This document shows, one piece after another, positions 15,265 through 27,600 of a stretch of DNA of 64,000 bases (positions are counted from its first letter, which is position 1; the number at the start of each line of letters is the position of its first letter). This DNA comes from the human T2T-CHM13v2.0 reference genome, Homo sapiens. Both the position numbers and the translations under genes were made by a program. Under the pieces are notes generated by a model. The model had not been told where the DNA came from and did no database searches. It worked only from the letters and a program-made list of their open reading frames with translations. The DNA lies in NCBI RefSeq assembly GCF_009914755.1, contig NC_060947.1; one strand, written 5' to 3'.

Positions 15265-15530
15265 TCTTTATTGAGGTATAGTTGATGTACAATAAACTGC
15301 ATATATTAAAGTATACAATTTGTTAAGTTTTGACATCCATCACCACAATTAAGGTAATGAACAAATATAGCACCACCAAAAGTTTCCTCATGTCCCTTGT
15401 ATTTTCTAGAGTTTTATATAAATGGAATCATAGGTTAAATACTCGTTTTTTTTCCAGTATCATCTACTTAATTTAATTATTTTGAGATTCATCTATGGTA
15501 TTTTGTATATCAATAGTTCATTCCTTCTTA
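15265..15530 (-). mobile_element. L1ME/L1MD-type 3' end fragment
   Basis: tttattgaggtatagttga..caataaactgcatat..aaagtttcctcatgtccctt..atataaatggaatcata. Confidence 0.75.
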
Positions 15531-15696
15531 AGTTCAAAAGTTTACATTTAAAGTTCAATAACATTGACCTTTATAAATAAATTTAGAGTCTAGGTTCAAT
15601 GCAAAAAGGTACATCCTGCTCCTGCTAAAGATTGTGGGTATAGGGCAGTGTTTTCTTGAGCTCCTACTTGTGCCTATTTTAAAAATACAATAACAG

Positions 15697-18600
15697 GGCT
15701 GGAGGTAGAGCAAGATGGCAGATAAGAAAACTCCACTGATTGTCCCCTATGAAAGGACACTAATTTAACAACTATCTACATAAAAGAAAACATCTTAATA
15801 AGTTCCATAAACCAGGTGAGCACTCACAGGACCTGGTTTTAACTTTATATCACTGTAAGACACACAGAAGAGGTAGGAAAAACTGTCTTGAATCACCGAC
15901 ACCACCCCTACCCCATGCCCCAGCAGTTGCAGCATTGTGTAGACAGCAATTCTGAGCAATGCAGGAAGGAAAGCACAGCAATTTTTAGTCATTGAACTCA
16001 CTGCTGTCTTGTTAGAATAGAAAAGAAAACTGAACAAAATTCAGCTAATGCCTGCCCATGGGGAGGTGAGAATTTAAACCAGCCCTAGCCAGAGGGGAAT
16101 CACCAATCACAGCAGGTGGAACTTGGGTTTTTGCAAGCCTCACCACCATGAGTTAAAGCAGTCTGGTGCTCTAAATAAACTTGAAAGTCAGTCTAGGTCA
16201 CAAGGACTGCAACTCCTAGGAGAGTCCTAGTGCTGAACTAGGCCCAGAGCCAGTAGACTTAGGGGGTTGAGATGGGGTATGTGACCTACTGAGACACTAG
16301 CTGAGGTGGCTAAGAAAGTGCTGTCGTCACCACTCACCTAACCCCAGGTGGCATGGCTCACAAATTCAAAACAGACCCCTTCCTTTCACTTGAGGAGAGG
16401 AGACGGAATAGTGGAGATAAATTTGTCTTGCATTTTGGATACCAACTCAGCCACAGCAAAATAAGCCATCAGAGTCACAAGGTCCCATTTCCAGGCCCTA
16501 GTTCTCAGATGAAATTTCTAGAAACACTCAGGGCCAGAAGGTAACATGCTGCCCTGAAGGGAAGGACCCAGTCCTGGCAGGATGCATCACCTGCTAACTG
16601 AAGAGCCCTTGGGCCCCGAAAAACCACCAGAGATGCCCAGGTACTACGTTGAGGGCTTTGGGTGCGACTCTGAGATGTGGTGCCATCAGCACATTTCAAG
16701 CTATGGTAGATATAGAATAAGACTCTTTCTGCCTGAGAAAAGCAGAGAAAAAAGTAAAGGGGACTTTGTCTGCACTCAGGTGCCTACTTAGTCACAGAGG
16801 GGTAAAACACCCAGCAAGATCTTGGGGTCCCCAATTCCAAAGGAGGGCTGTTGGATGACATTTCTGGAAATTCCCCAGGCCAAAGTGAAGCCCACTGCAC
16901 TGAAGGGTGAGTCCCAGGCCAGGCAACAGTTACCACAAGCTAACTAAAGAGCCCTTGGGCCTTAAGGGAACATTGACGATAGTCTGGCAGTACTCGCCAT
17001 GGGCCTGTGATAGTAGTAGCCATGGGTTGAGGCTCTTCTGCCTTTGGGGAAGAAAAAGAGAGAGAGAGAGAAAGGGAAAGACTGTGTCTTCTGGTTTGAG
17101 TGCCAGCTCAGCCACAGTACAACAGAATACCAGGTACACTTCCTTTATTTTTTTTTGTCTTTTTTTTTCCTTTTTTTTTTAAATTATTATTATACTTTAA
17201 GTTTTAGGGTACATGTGCACAATGTGCAGGTTAGTTACATATGTATACATGTGCCATGCTGGTGTGCTGCACCCATTAACTCGTCATTTAGCATTAGGTA
17301 TATCTCCTAATGCTATCCCTCCCCGCTACCCCCACCCCACAACAGTCCCCAGAGTGTGATGTTCCCCTTCCTCTGTCCATGTGTTCTCATTGTTCAATTC
17401 CCATCTATGAGTGAGAACATGTGGTGTTTGGTTTTTTGTCCTTGCGATAGTTTACTGAGAATGATGATTTCCAATTTCACCCATGTCCCTACAAAGGACA
17501 TGAACTCATCATTTTTTATGGCTGCATAGTATTCCATGGTGTATATGTGCCACATTTTCTTAATCCAGTCTATCATTGTTGGACATTTGGGTTGGTTCCA
17601 AGTCTTTACTATTGTGAATAGTGCCACAATAAACATACGTGTGCATGTGTCTTTATAACAGCATGATTTATAGTCCTTTGGGTATATACCCAGTAATGGG
17701 ATGGCTGGGTCAAATGAATACCAGGTACACTTCTAAAGATTTTGACTCTAGCCCCTGGCTTGTGGATGGCACATCTGAACCTACCCAGGACCAGGAGGAA
17801 CTCAACGCACTGGAGAGAAGGACACAGGCCTGGCTGTCATTGACACTAATTGTAGTGCTAATTGTGGAGCCCCAGGGCCTTAAGAAAACATAAACAGTAG
17901 CCAGGGAGTGGTTTCAGCAGACCTTGGGTGAGACCCAGTGCTGTGCTGGCTTTATATTTGACCCAGTACAGTAATTGTGGTGGTGGCCACAGGGGTGTTT
18001 GTGTCACTCCAGCCCCAGTTTCACATGGCTCAGAACAGAGAGAGAGAGAGAGAGACTGTTTTAAAGAAAGTAAGTGAAGAGAATGAAAGTCTCTGCCTGG
18101 TAATTCAAAGATTTATCTTGGATCTTGTCCAAGTCCATCAAGATGATACCTCCATAAGTCTACAGTGTTATTGGACTTTGAGTGTCCCCTAAAGCAGTTA
18201 CATCTTAGGTCACAGTACCCAAGTCCTCTTGAATATCTGGAAAGCTTTCCCAAGAAGAAATAGTTCAAACAAGCCCAGACTGTGAGGATGATAATAAATA
18301 ATTAACTCTACAATGCCAGGCACAAATAAACATATACAGGTATCAATACAACCCAAGAAAGCAGGACCTCACCGAATGAACTAAATAAGTCACCAGGGAA
18401 CAAATAAATATATTTGATCTTTTAAACAGAGAGTTCAAAATATCTATTTTGAAGAAACTCCAATTCAAAATAACACAGAAAAAAATTCAGAATTTTATAA
18501 GATAAATTTAACAAAGACATTAAAATAATTAAAAATAATCGAGCAGAAGTTTTGGAGCTAAAAAATGCAATTGACATGCTGAAGAATGCATGAGAGCCCT

Positions 18601-21600
18601 ATATATAATAGCAGAATTTATCAAGCAGAAGAAATAATTAGTGAACTTAAAAACAGATTATTTGAACATATACATAAGAGATGAAAAAAGAAAACATCAA
18701 AGAACCATGCCTACAGGATCTAGAAAATAGGCTCAAAAGGGCAAATCTAAGAGTCATTGGCCTTAAAGACGAGACAGAGAAAGAGATCAGGATAGAAAGC
18801 TTATTCAAAGGGATATTAACAGAGAACTTTTCAAATCTAAAGCAAGATAACAATATCCAATTATAAGAAGGTATGGAACACCAAGCAGATTTAACCCAAA
18901 GAAGTCTACCCTAAGGCGTTTAGTAATCAAACGCCCAATGGTCAAGTATAAATAAAGGATCCTAAAAACAGCAAGAAAAAAGAAACAAATAACATACAAT
19001 GGAGCTCCAATACATCTTGCAACAGACTTTTCAGTGGAAACCTTACAGGTCTGAAAAGAAAGGCACGAAATATCTAAAGTACTGAAGAAAAAAAACCTTT
19101 GCACTAGAATAATCTATCTTGAGAAGATATTCTTCAAACATGAAGAAGAAATAAAGACTTCCCCAGACAAACAAAAGCTGAGTCATTTTATCAATATCTT
19201 ACCTATCCTACAAGAAATGCTAAAGGGAGTACTTTAATCAGAAATTAAAATAAGTAAATGAACAATAAGTAATCACCTGATAGTACAAAACTCACAGGTA
19301 ATAGTAAGTAAACAGAAAAACACAGAATATTATAACACTTTAAGTGTGGTATGTAAATTACTCTTATACTAATTAGAAATAAACCATGAATCAGTCAAAA
19401 ATAATAACTACAGCAACTTTTCCAGACATACACAGTACAAGAAGACATGAACTCAAATAACAGTTAAAAAGCAGAAGACAAAGTTAAGGCATAGATTTTT
19501 TGATAGTTTTCTTTTTGCTTGTTGGTTTCTTTTGCAAACAATGTTAAGATGTTATAAGCTTAAAATAATGGCTTATTTAGCATTTGCAAACTCATGGTAA
19601 CCCCAAATTTTAAAAAATACCATGAATACACAAAAAATAAAAAACAAGACACCAAATCATATCACCAAAGAAAATCTTCTTCACTAGAAGAAGATAGAAA
19701 GGAAAGAAAGAAGGAGGTGAAGACCACAATACAACCAGAAAAAAAATGACTTAATGGAAAGAGTAAATCCTTACTTATCAACAACAACATTGTACATAAA
19801 TGGACTAAACTCTCCAATCAAAAGACATAGAGTGGCTCAATGGGTAAAAAACAAACAGTCAGAAAATCTCAATGGTCTGTTGCTTACAAGAAACATATTT
19901 CACCTATAAAGACACACGTAGATTGAAAATAAAAGAATAGAAAAAGATATTCCATGCCAATGGAAACCAAAAAAGAGCAAGACTCACAATACACATCTCA
20001 GACAAAATAAATATCAAGACAAAAACTATAATAAGAGACAAGGAAGGAAACTATATCATGATAAATGGTCAATACAACAAGAGGATATAAAATATTAAAT
20101 ATATATACACCTAGCACTGGAGCACCCAGATATATAAATTACATATTATTAGAGCTAAAAAGAGAGATTGACTCCAATAGAATAATACCTGGAGACCTCA
20201 ACACCTCATTTTCAGCATTAGAGATGTCTTCCAGGCAAAAAATCAATAAAGAAACATTGGACTTAATCTGTATTATAGACCAAATGGATCTAATAGATAT
20301 TTACAGAAAATTTAATTCAATGACTTCAAAATACAAATTGTTTTTCCTCAGCATGTGGATGTTTCTTAAGAATTGAGCATATGTTAGATCACAAAGCAAG
20401 TCTTAAAACATTCAAAAAGTTGAAGTAATATCAAGCATCTTCTCTGACCAGAATGAAATAAAACTAAAAAGCAATAACAAGAGAAATTTTGAAAAATATA
20501 TACCTGGAAATTAAACAACATGCTCTGAATAACCAATAAGTCAACGAAGAAATTAAGAAAAAAGATGGAAACATTTATTGCAACAAATGATAGTGGAAAT
20601 ACAACATACTAAATCCTATGTAATACATCAAAACCAGTACTAAGAGGGAAGATCTTAGTTATAACTTCCTACTTTGAAAAAGAATAAAAACTTCAAATAA
20701 CATTACAATACATCTGAAAGAACTAGGAAAACAAGAGCAAACCAAACTCAGAACCAGCAAAACAGAAATAATAAAAACTAGAGCAGAAATAAATGAATTT
20801 GAAATGAAGAAAACAATAAAAAGATCAATGAAACAAAAAGATGGTTTTTTGAAAAATTGAAATATTAACAAAACTATAGCTAGACTCAGAAAAAAATAGA
20901 AAGGCCCAAATAAATAATATCAGAGATAAATAAGAAGATATTACAACTGATACTTTAGTTATTGAAAATGTCATTAGTGCCTACTATGAGCCACTATATG
21001 CTAATAAATTTGAAAATCTAGAAGAAATGGACAAATTCCTGGACACATAAATTCTACCAAGATTAAACCATGAATAAATCCAAAACATAAACAGACCAAT
21101 AACAAATAATGAGATTGAAGCTATAATGAAAGGTCTCCCAGTAAAGGAAAGTGAGGGACTTGATGGCTTCACTGCTGAATTCTACCAAATGTTTAAAGAA
21201 GAAAGAGTACCAATGCTATTCAAACTATTCTAAAAAATTGAGGAGCAGGGAATATTTCCAAGCTAATTCTGCAAGGCCAGTATTACCCTGATACAAAAAC
21301 CAGACAAAGAAACACCAAAAAAAAGAAAACTACAGGCCAATGTCTCTGATGAATATTGATGCAAAAATCCTCAACAAAATCTAGCAAACTGAATTCAACA
21401 ATACATTAGAATGATCATTCATTATGACCAAGTGGTATATATCCCTGGGATGCAAAGATGGTTTAACACACACAAATCGATCAGTATTATGCATCATATC
21501 AAAAGAATGATGGACAAAATCAACATGATCTTTCAACTGATGCTGAAAAAGCATTTGATTAAATTCAGCATCCCTTTACAATAAAAAAAAAATCTTAAAA

Positions 21601-24031
21601 AAACTGGGTGCAGAAGAAACATACCTCAACATAATGAAAGCCATATATGACAGGTCCACAGCTACTATCATACTTAATGGAGGGAAATTGAAAGCCTTTA
21701 CTCTAAGATTTGGAACACGACAAGAATGTCTACTTTTCACCGCTGTTATTCAACATAGTGCTGGCACTCCTAGCTAGAACTATCAGACAAGAGAAAGAAA
21801 TAAACGGCATCCAAATTGGAAAGAAAATCAAATTATCCTTGTTTGCAGATGATATCATCTTACATTTGGAAAAACCTTAATACACCACAAAAAACTTTTA
21901 GAACTGAGAAACAAATTCTGTAAAGTTTCAGGATACAATATTAATATACAAAAATCAATAGCATTTCTATATGCTAATAGTAAACAACCTGCAAAATAAA
22001 TTAAAAAGTAATTACATATACAATAACCACACATAAAACTAGGTACCTAGGAATTAACCAAAGAAGTGAAAGATCTCTATTATGAAAACTAAAATCCTCT
22101 GATAAAAGAAATTGAAGAAGACAGCAAAAAAAAAAAAAAAAACAAAATTCAATCTTTATGAATTAGAAAAATCAATATTGTTAAAATATCCATACTATCC
22201 ATAGCAATCTACAGATTCAATTCAATTCATTTCAAAATACCAGTAACATTCTTTACAGAAATAGAAAAAAAATCCTAAAATTTACACAGAACCACAAAAC
22301 ACCCAGAATAGCTAACGCTAGATTAAGCAAGAAGAACAAAAACAGAAGAATCACATTACCTGGCTTCAGATTACACCACAAAGCTATGGTAATCAAAACA
22401 GCATAGTACTGTTGTAAAAACAGACACATAGACCAATGGAATGGAATATAAAACCCAGAAACAAATCCGCACATCTACAGATAGCTCGTTTTTGACAAAG
22501 GTGCCAAGAACATACACTGGGAAAAAAGATAGTCTCTTCAATAAATGGTTTCAGGAAAACTGGATATCCATATGTAGAAGAAAAACTAGATTTGTATCTC
22601 TCGCTATATACAAAAAATCAAATCAAAATGAATTGAAGACATAAATATAAGACCTCCAACTGTGAAACTATTACATGAAAACATTGGGGAAAATTTCCAG
22701 GACATTGGTCTGGGCAAAAATTGCTTGAGTAATACCCCACAAGCACAAACAACCAAAACAAAAAAGGACAAATGGGATTACAATAAGTTAAAAACCTTCT
22801 TCACATCAAGAGAAACAATCAACGAAGTAAAGAGACTACCCACAAAATGGGAGAAAATATTTGCAAACTATCCATCTGGCAAGGGATTAATAACCAGAAA
22901 ATATAAAGAGCTCAAACTATTCTATAGGAAAAAAATCTAATAATCCTGTAAAAAACGGGCAAAATATTTGAGTATACATTTCTCAAAGAAGACATACAAA
23001 TGGCAAACAGTCATATTAAAAGGTGCTTAACATCACTGATCACTGAGAAATACAAATCAAAACTACAATGAGATACCATCTCACCCTAGTTAAAATAGCT
23101 TACATCCAAAAGACAGCCAATAACAAATGCTGACAAGGATGTGGAGAAAAGGGAACCCTTTTAACACCGTTGGTGGAAATGTAAATTAGTACAAAAACTA
23201 TGGAGAACAGTTTGGAGGTTTATTAAAAAAAAAACTGAAAAATATAGCTACTCATATGATTCAGCAATCCCACTACTGGGTACATACCCAAAATAAAGGA
23301 AATCAGTATATCAAAGAGGTTGGTGTACTTCCATGTTTGTTGCAGCACTTTTTTCAATAGCCAAGATTCGGAAGTAACCTAAGTGTCCATCAACATAAGA
23401 ATGGATAAAGAAAATGTCATACTTACACACTGTGGAGTACTATTCAGCCATAAAAAACAATGACATTCTATCATTTGCTACAGCATGGGTGGTACTGGAG
23501 ATCATAAAGTTAAGTGCAATAAGCCATGCACAGAAAGTCAAATATTGTATTTTCTCACTTATTTGTGGGATCTAAAAATCAAAATAATTGAATTCATGGG
23601 AGTAGAGAGTAGAAGGATGTTTACTAGAGGCTGGGAAGGGTAGTGGAAGGGGCTGGGGAGGGAGGTGGGGATGATTAATGAGTAAAAATAAGTAGTTAAG
23701 AAGAATGAATAAGACTATTTTGTAGCACAAGTTTTCTATAGTCAATAATAATTGTACATTTGATAAGAACTAAAAGAGTTAGTTATTATATAACTAATTA
23801 TATCTGGTGATATAATATTATATAATGAATTATATTTGATAATAACTAAAAGAGTTAGTTATTATCAAATGTACAAATGGATTGTTTGTAACACAAAGGA
23901 TAAATGCTTGAGGGGATGGATATCTCATTCATCATGATGTGATTATTATACATTACATGTCTGTACCAAAACATCTTATGTACCTCATACATATATACAC
24001 CTATTACTTACCTACAAAAGTTAACTTTTAA
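15697..24031 (+). mobile_element. Full-length decayed L1MA1-3-like element with TSD
   Basis: 5' end gagcaagatggcag. ORF1 remnant (LQDLENRLKRANLRVIGLK), endonuclease remnant (ILNIYTPSTGAPRYI..GDLNT) and RT motif tttgcagatgat near 21842. L1MA-type 3'UTR. 16-bp TSD aaaaatacaataacag (15681-15696) / aaaaatacagtaacag (24032-24047). Confidence 0.93.
17143..17715 (-). mobile_element. Young 5'-truncated L1PA (about PA3-5) inserted in the 5'UTR of the host L1
   Basis: Perfect 18-bp TSD gaataccaggtacacttc (17125-17142 / 17716-17733). Carries the GAG (non-Ta) diagnostic in the 3'UTR. Confidence 0.95.
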
Positions 24032-24232
24032 AAAAATACAGTAACAGATAATTTCTCAATGTCAGATAGTAAAACATATCTGACATACGCAGTGACTAAA
24101 TCCATTGAGGGGGCAAAGATAAAAAAAACACTTTCCTGTTTGTTTTCATTTATAATAGCAGATGGACACTTCTGCTCACATCTATTCCCTAAGGTTTAGA
24201 TATATCTATAAGGTATATCGAGTTCCTAATGC

Positions 24233-24602
24233 TGGGATTGTTTTCTTGATTTCCTTTTTAGATGGTTCACTATTATTGTATAGAAATACAACTGATTTTT
24301 GTAAGTTAAGTTTGTATCCTGCAATGTTACTGAATTTGCTTAATAGTTCTAACTATTAAGCCTTGAGCATTTTCTAGACATACTATCGTGCCACCTATAA
24401 ACAGAGCAGGTTGACTTATTTTCCAGTTTGAATTCCTTTTATTTCTTTCTTTTGCCTTATAGCTCTGGCTAGAACTTCCAGAACTATATTGAATAGAAGT
24501 GGTGAAACTGGGCATTCTTGTGTATTCCATAACTTAGAAGATAAGCTTTGAACTTTTCCCTGTTCTCTATGATATTATCTGTGTGTGTCTTTTATGGTTG
24601 TT

Positions 24603-24639
<37 letters not shown>

Positions 24640-27600
24640 TGAGGTACATGCCTTCTATGCCCAATTTGTTGAGAGTTTTTTTAATAATGAAAGGATGTTG
24701 AATTTTGTCAAATGCTTTTTCTGTGTCTATTTTACTGTCATATGGATTTTGTCTTTCACTGTGTTAATGCAATAAATCACATTTATTTATTTGTATATAT
24801 TCAAGCATCATTGCATCCCTGGAATGAATCCCACTTGATCATCACGAATAATTATGTGCTGTTGAATTTTGTTTCCTAGTATTTTCTGGTGTATTTTTGC
24901 ATCTATGCCCATCAGAGATATTGGCCAGTATTTTTTGTTTTTTGTTAGTTTCTTGTCTTGTTTTGTTATCAGAGTAATGCTGGCCTTGTAGAAAGAATTT
25001 GAAACAATTCCTTCCTCTTCAATTTTCTGGAACAGTTTGAGAATTATTGGTATTAGCAATTTAAAATTTGGTATATATCAGCAGTGAAGCCACCAGTTCC
25101 TGGGCTTTTCTTTGAAGAGATACTTTCTATTATTGATTCAATTTTGTCACATTATTGATCTGTTTAGATTTTTGTTTCTTCATGATTCAATTTTGGTAGG
25201 TTTTATATGTCTAGAAATTCATCCATTTCTTCTCAGTTTTTCAATTTGTTCACATATGGTTTTTATTAATAGTCTCTTATACTCTTGTATTTCTGTTGTA
25301 CCAGTTGTAATCCTTCTTTTCTATCTTTGATTTTTCAAAATAAATAGCTCTTAATTTAATTGATATTGTGTATGATTTGTTTCAATTTCATTTAGTTCTG
25401 CTTTGATCTTTATTACTTCTTTCCTTCTACTAATTTTGAGTTTAGTTTGTTTTAGTTTTTCTACTTCCTTGAGGTGCAACATTAGGTTGCTTACTGATCT
25501 CAAGATCAATCTTCATTGATGAAAGTGTTTATTGCTATAAACTTTCCTCTGATTACTGTTTTTACTGTAACTCATCGATTTTGGTATGTTGTTTTCATTT
25601 TCATTTGTCTCTAGAAATTATTTTTAAATTTTCTTTTAATTTCTTCATTGACCCTTTGGTTGTTCAGGACCCCGTTGTTTAATTTTTATTTTTTTGTGTA
25701 GTTTCTATGATTCTTCCTGTTACTGATTTTAAGTTTCATACCATTCTAGTTGAAAACAGTATTTGATAAAATTAAATATATAAAATATTTCTTTAGACTT
25801 CTGTGGCCTATCATATTCTGGAGACTGTGCCATGTGCACTCGAGATCAATGTATATTCTGCTTATATTTAATGGAAAGTTCTGTAAGTACATTTTGTTAA
25901 AATTGCAGTTAAATTCCTATATTTTATGAATGATTATTCTGTTTGATCTGCACATTGTTGAAAGTGGGGTATTGAAGTTCTCTACTGTCATTGAGTTGTT
26001 ATTTATTTCTCCCTTCATATTCATTATAATTTGCTTTATATATTCAGAAGCTGCAAAGTTGGGTGCATACATATTTACAATTTTTGTCTTATTAGTTAAT
26101 TGTGCATTTATCATTAAATACTTAATTTTTTCTCTTGTGACAGCTTTTTACTTAAACTCTATTATATCTAAGAATCGGCACCCCTGTTCATTTTGGTTAT
26201 TAGTATGGAATATCTTCTTCCATTGCTTTATTTTCAGCCTATGTGTGTCATGAAGTTAAAGTGGTTATTTGTAGGGAGTATATAGTTGGGTGTTTTTTTT
26301 TAAATTTATTTAGCCATTCTATGTCTTGTAATTGCATAATTCAATCCATTTACATTCAAAGGAATTATTGATAGGTAAGGACTTACTACTGCCACTTTGT
26401 TATTTTTTTCTGGTGGTTTTATAGATCCTTTGTCCCTTTTCATTTTCCCTTGTTTATTTTGTGATTCGGCTATTTTCTTCAGTGCTATGTTTTGATTCCT
26501 TTCTATTTATTGTGTGTGTATCTGCTATAGTTTTTGCTTTGTGTTTACCACGAGGCTTACATGAAACATCTTTTAATTATAATGGACTATTTTACAGTTA
26601 ACAACTTCTGTTGCATACAAAATCTATAGACTTTTACCTTCCCCTCAAAATACACATTTTTGATGTCACAATTTACATCATTTTTATAGTATTTCTTAAT
26701 GACTTATTTAGCTAACATCATTTTGACTGTTTTGATTTTTAACCTTCCTACTAGTTATATATATGATTTACAGAGAGCCATTACAAAATTGAGGTATTCT
26801 GAATTTGAGTATATATTTACCTTTACCAATGAATTTTACACTTTCACATGTTTTCATGTTAGTAATTAGTGTTTTTATGTTTCTACTTGAAGAACTGCTT
26901 TAAACATTTCTTGTACAGGAGGGGAGGTCTAGGGTGATGAACTCCCTCAATTTTGCTTGTCTGGGAGATAGTGTAGTTCTTCATTTTTGAAGGACAGTTT
27001 CACTGGGTATAGCATTCTTGCTTGGCAGGTTTTCCTTTTCAGCACTTTGAATATATTATCTCATCCTCTCCTTGCCTGTAGGGTTTCTACTGAGAAATTT
27101 ACTGATGATCCAATGGGGTTTCCCTTGCATGTACCTTTACGCATTTCTCTTGCTGCTTTACATTTTTCTCTTTGCCTTTGATATTTGACAACTAAATTAT
27201 AATTGGCCTTGATGAGGACCTCTTTGAATTTAATCTGTTCGAGGACCTTTAAGTTTCATGTATCTATATGTCCATATCTGTTTCAACACTTTGGAATTTT
27301 TCAGCAATTATTTCATTAAATAAGTTTTCTGTGTCTACCTTTGTCTCTTCTCTTTCTTGTTTTCCACAGTGCAAGTGTTTGTTTACTTAACAGTATTTGA
27401 TAAATTCCATAGACTGTCTTCTCATTTTATTCTTATTTCTTATTTTTTCTCTGAATGAATAATTTCAAAAGACCTATCTTTGAGTTTAGATTCTTTCTCC
27501 TGTTTGAGCTAGTTTACTGTTGAAGCTCTTCATTGTAGTTTTTATTTCATTTGTTGAATTCTTCAGCTTCAAAATTTCTGTTTGATTTCTTTTATGACAT

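Noticed and set aside
17143-17715. Possible human-specific polymorphic L1Hs-Ta
   Set aside because: It carries GAG rather than ACA and older diagnostics (caaggacaaaaaacc), consistent with L1PA3-5.
15697-24031. Full-length L1 as a potentially active element
   Set aside because: Ancient subfamily. ORF1 and ORF2 are fragmented and the 5'UTR is interrupted.
24059-24086. 10-bp inverted repeat atgtcagata / tatctgacat
   Set aside because: Too short to be clearly beyond chance in 64 kb of AT-rich DNA.
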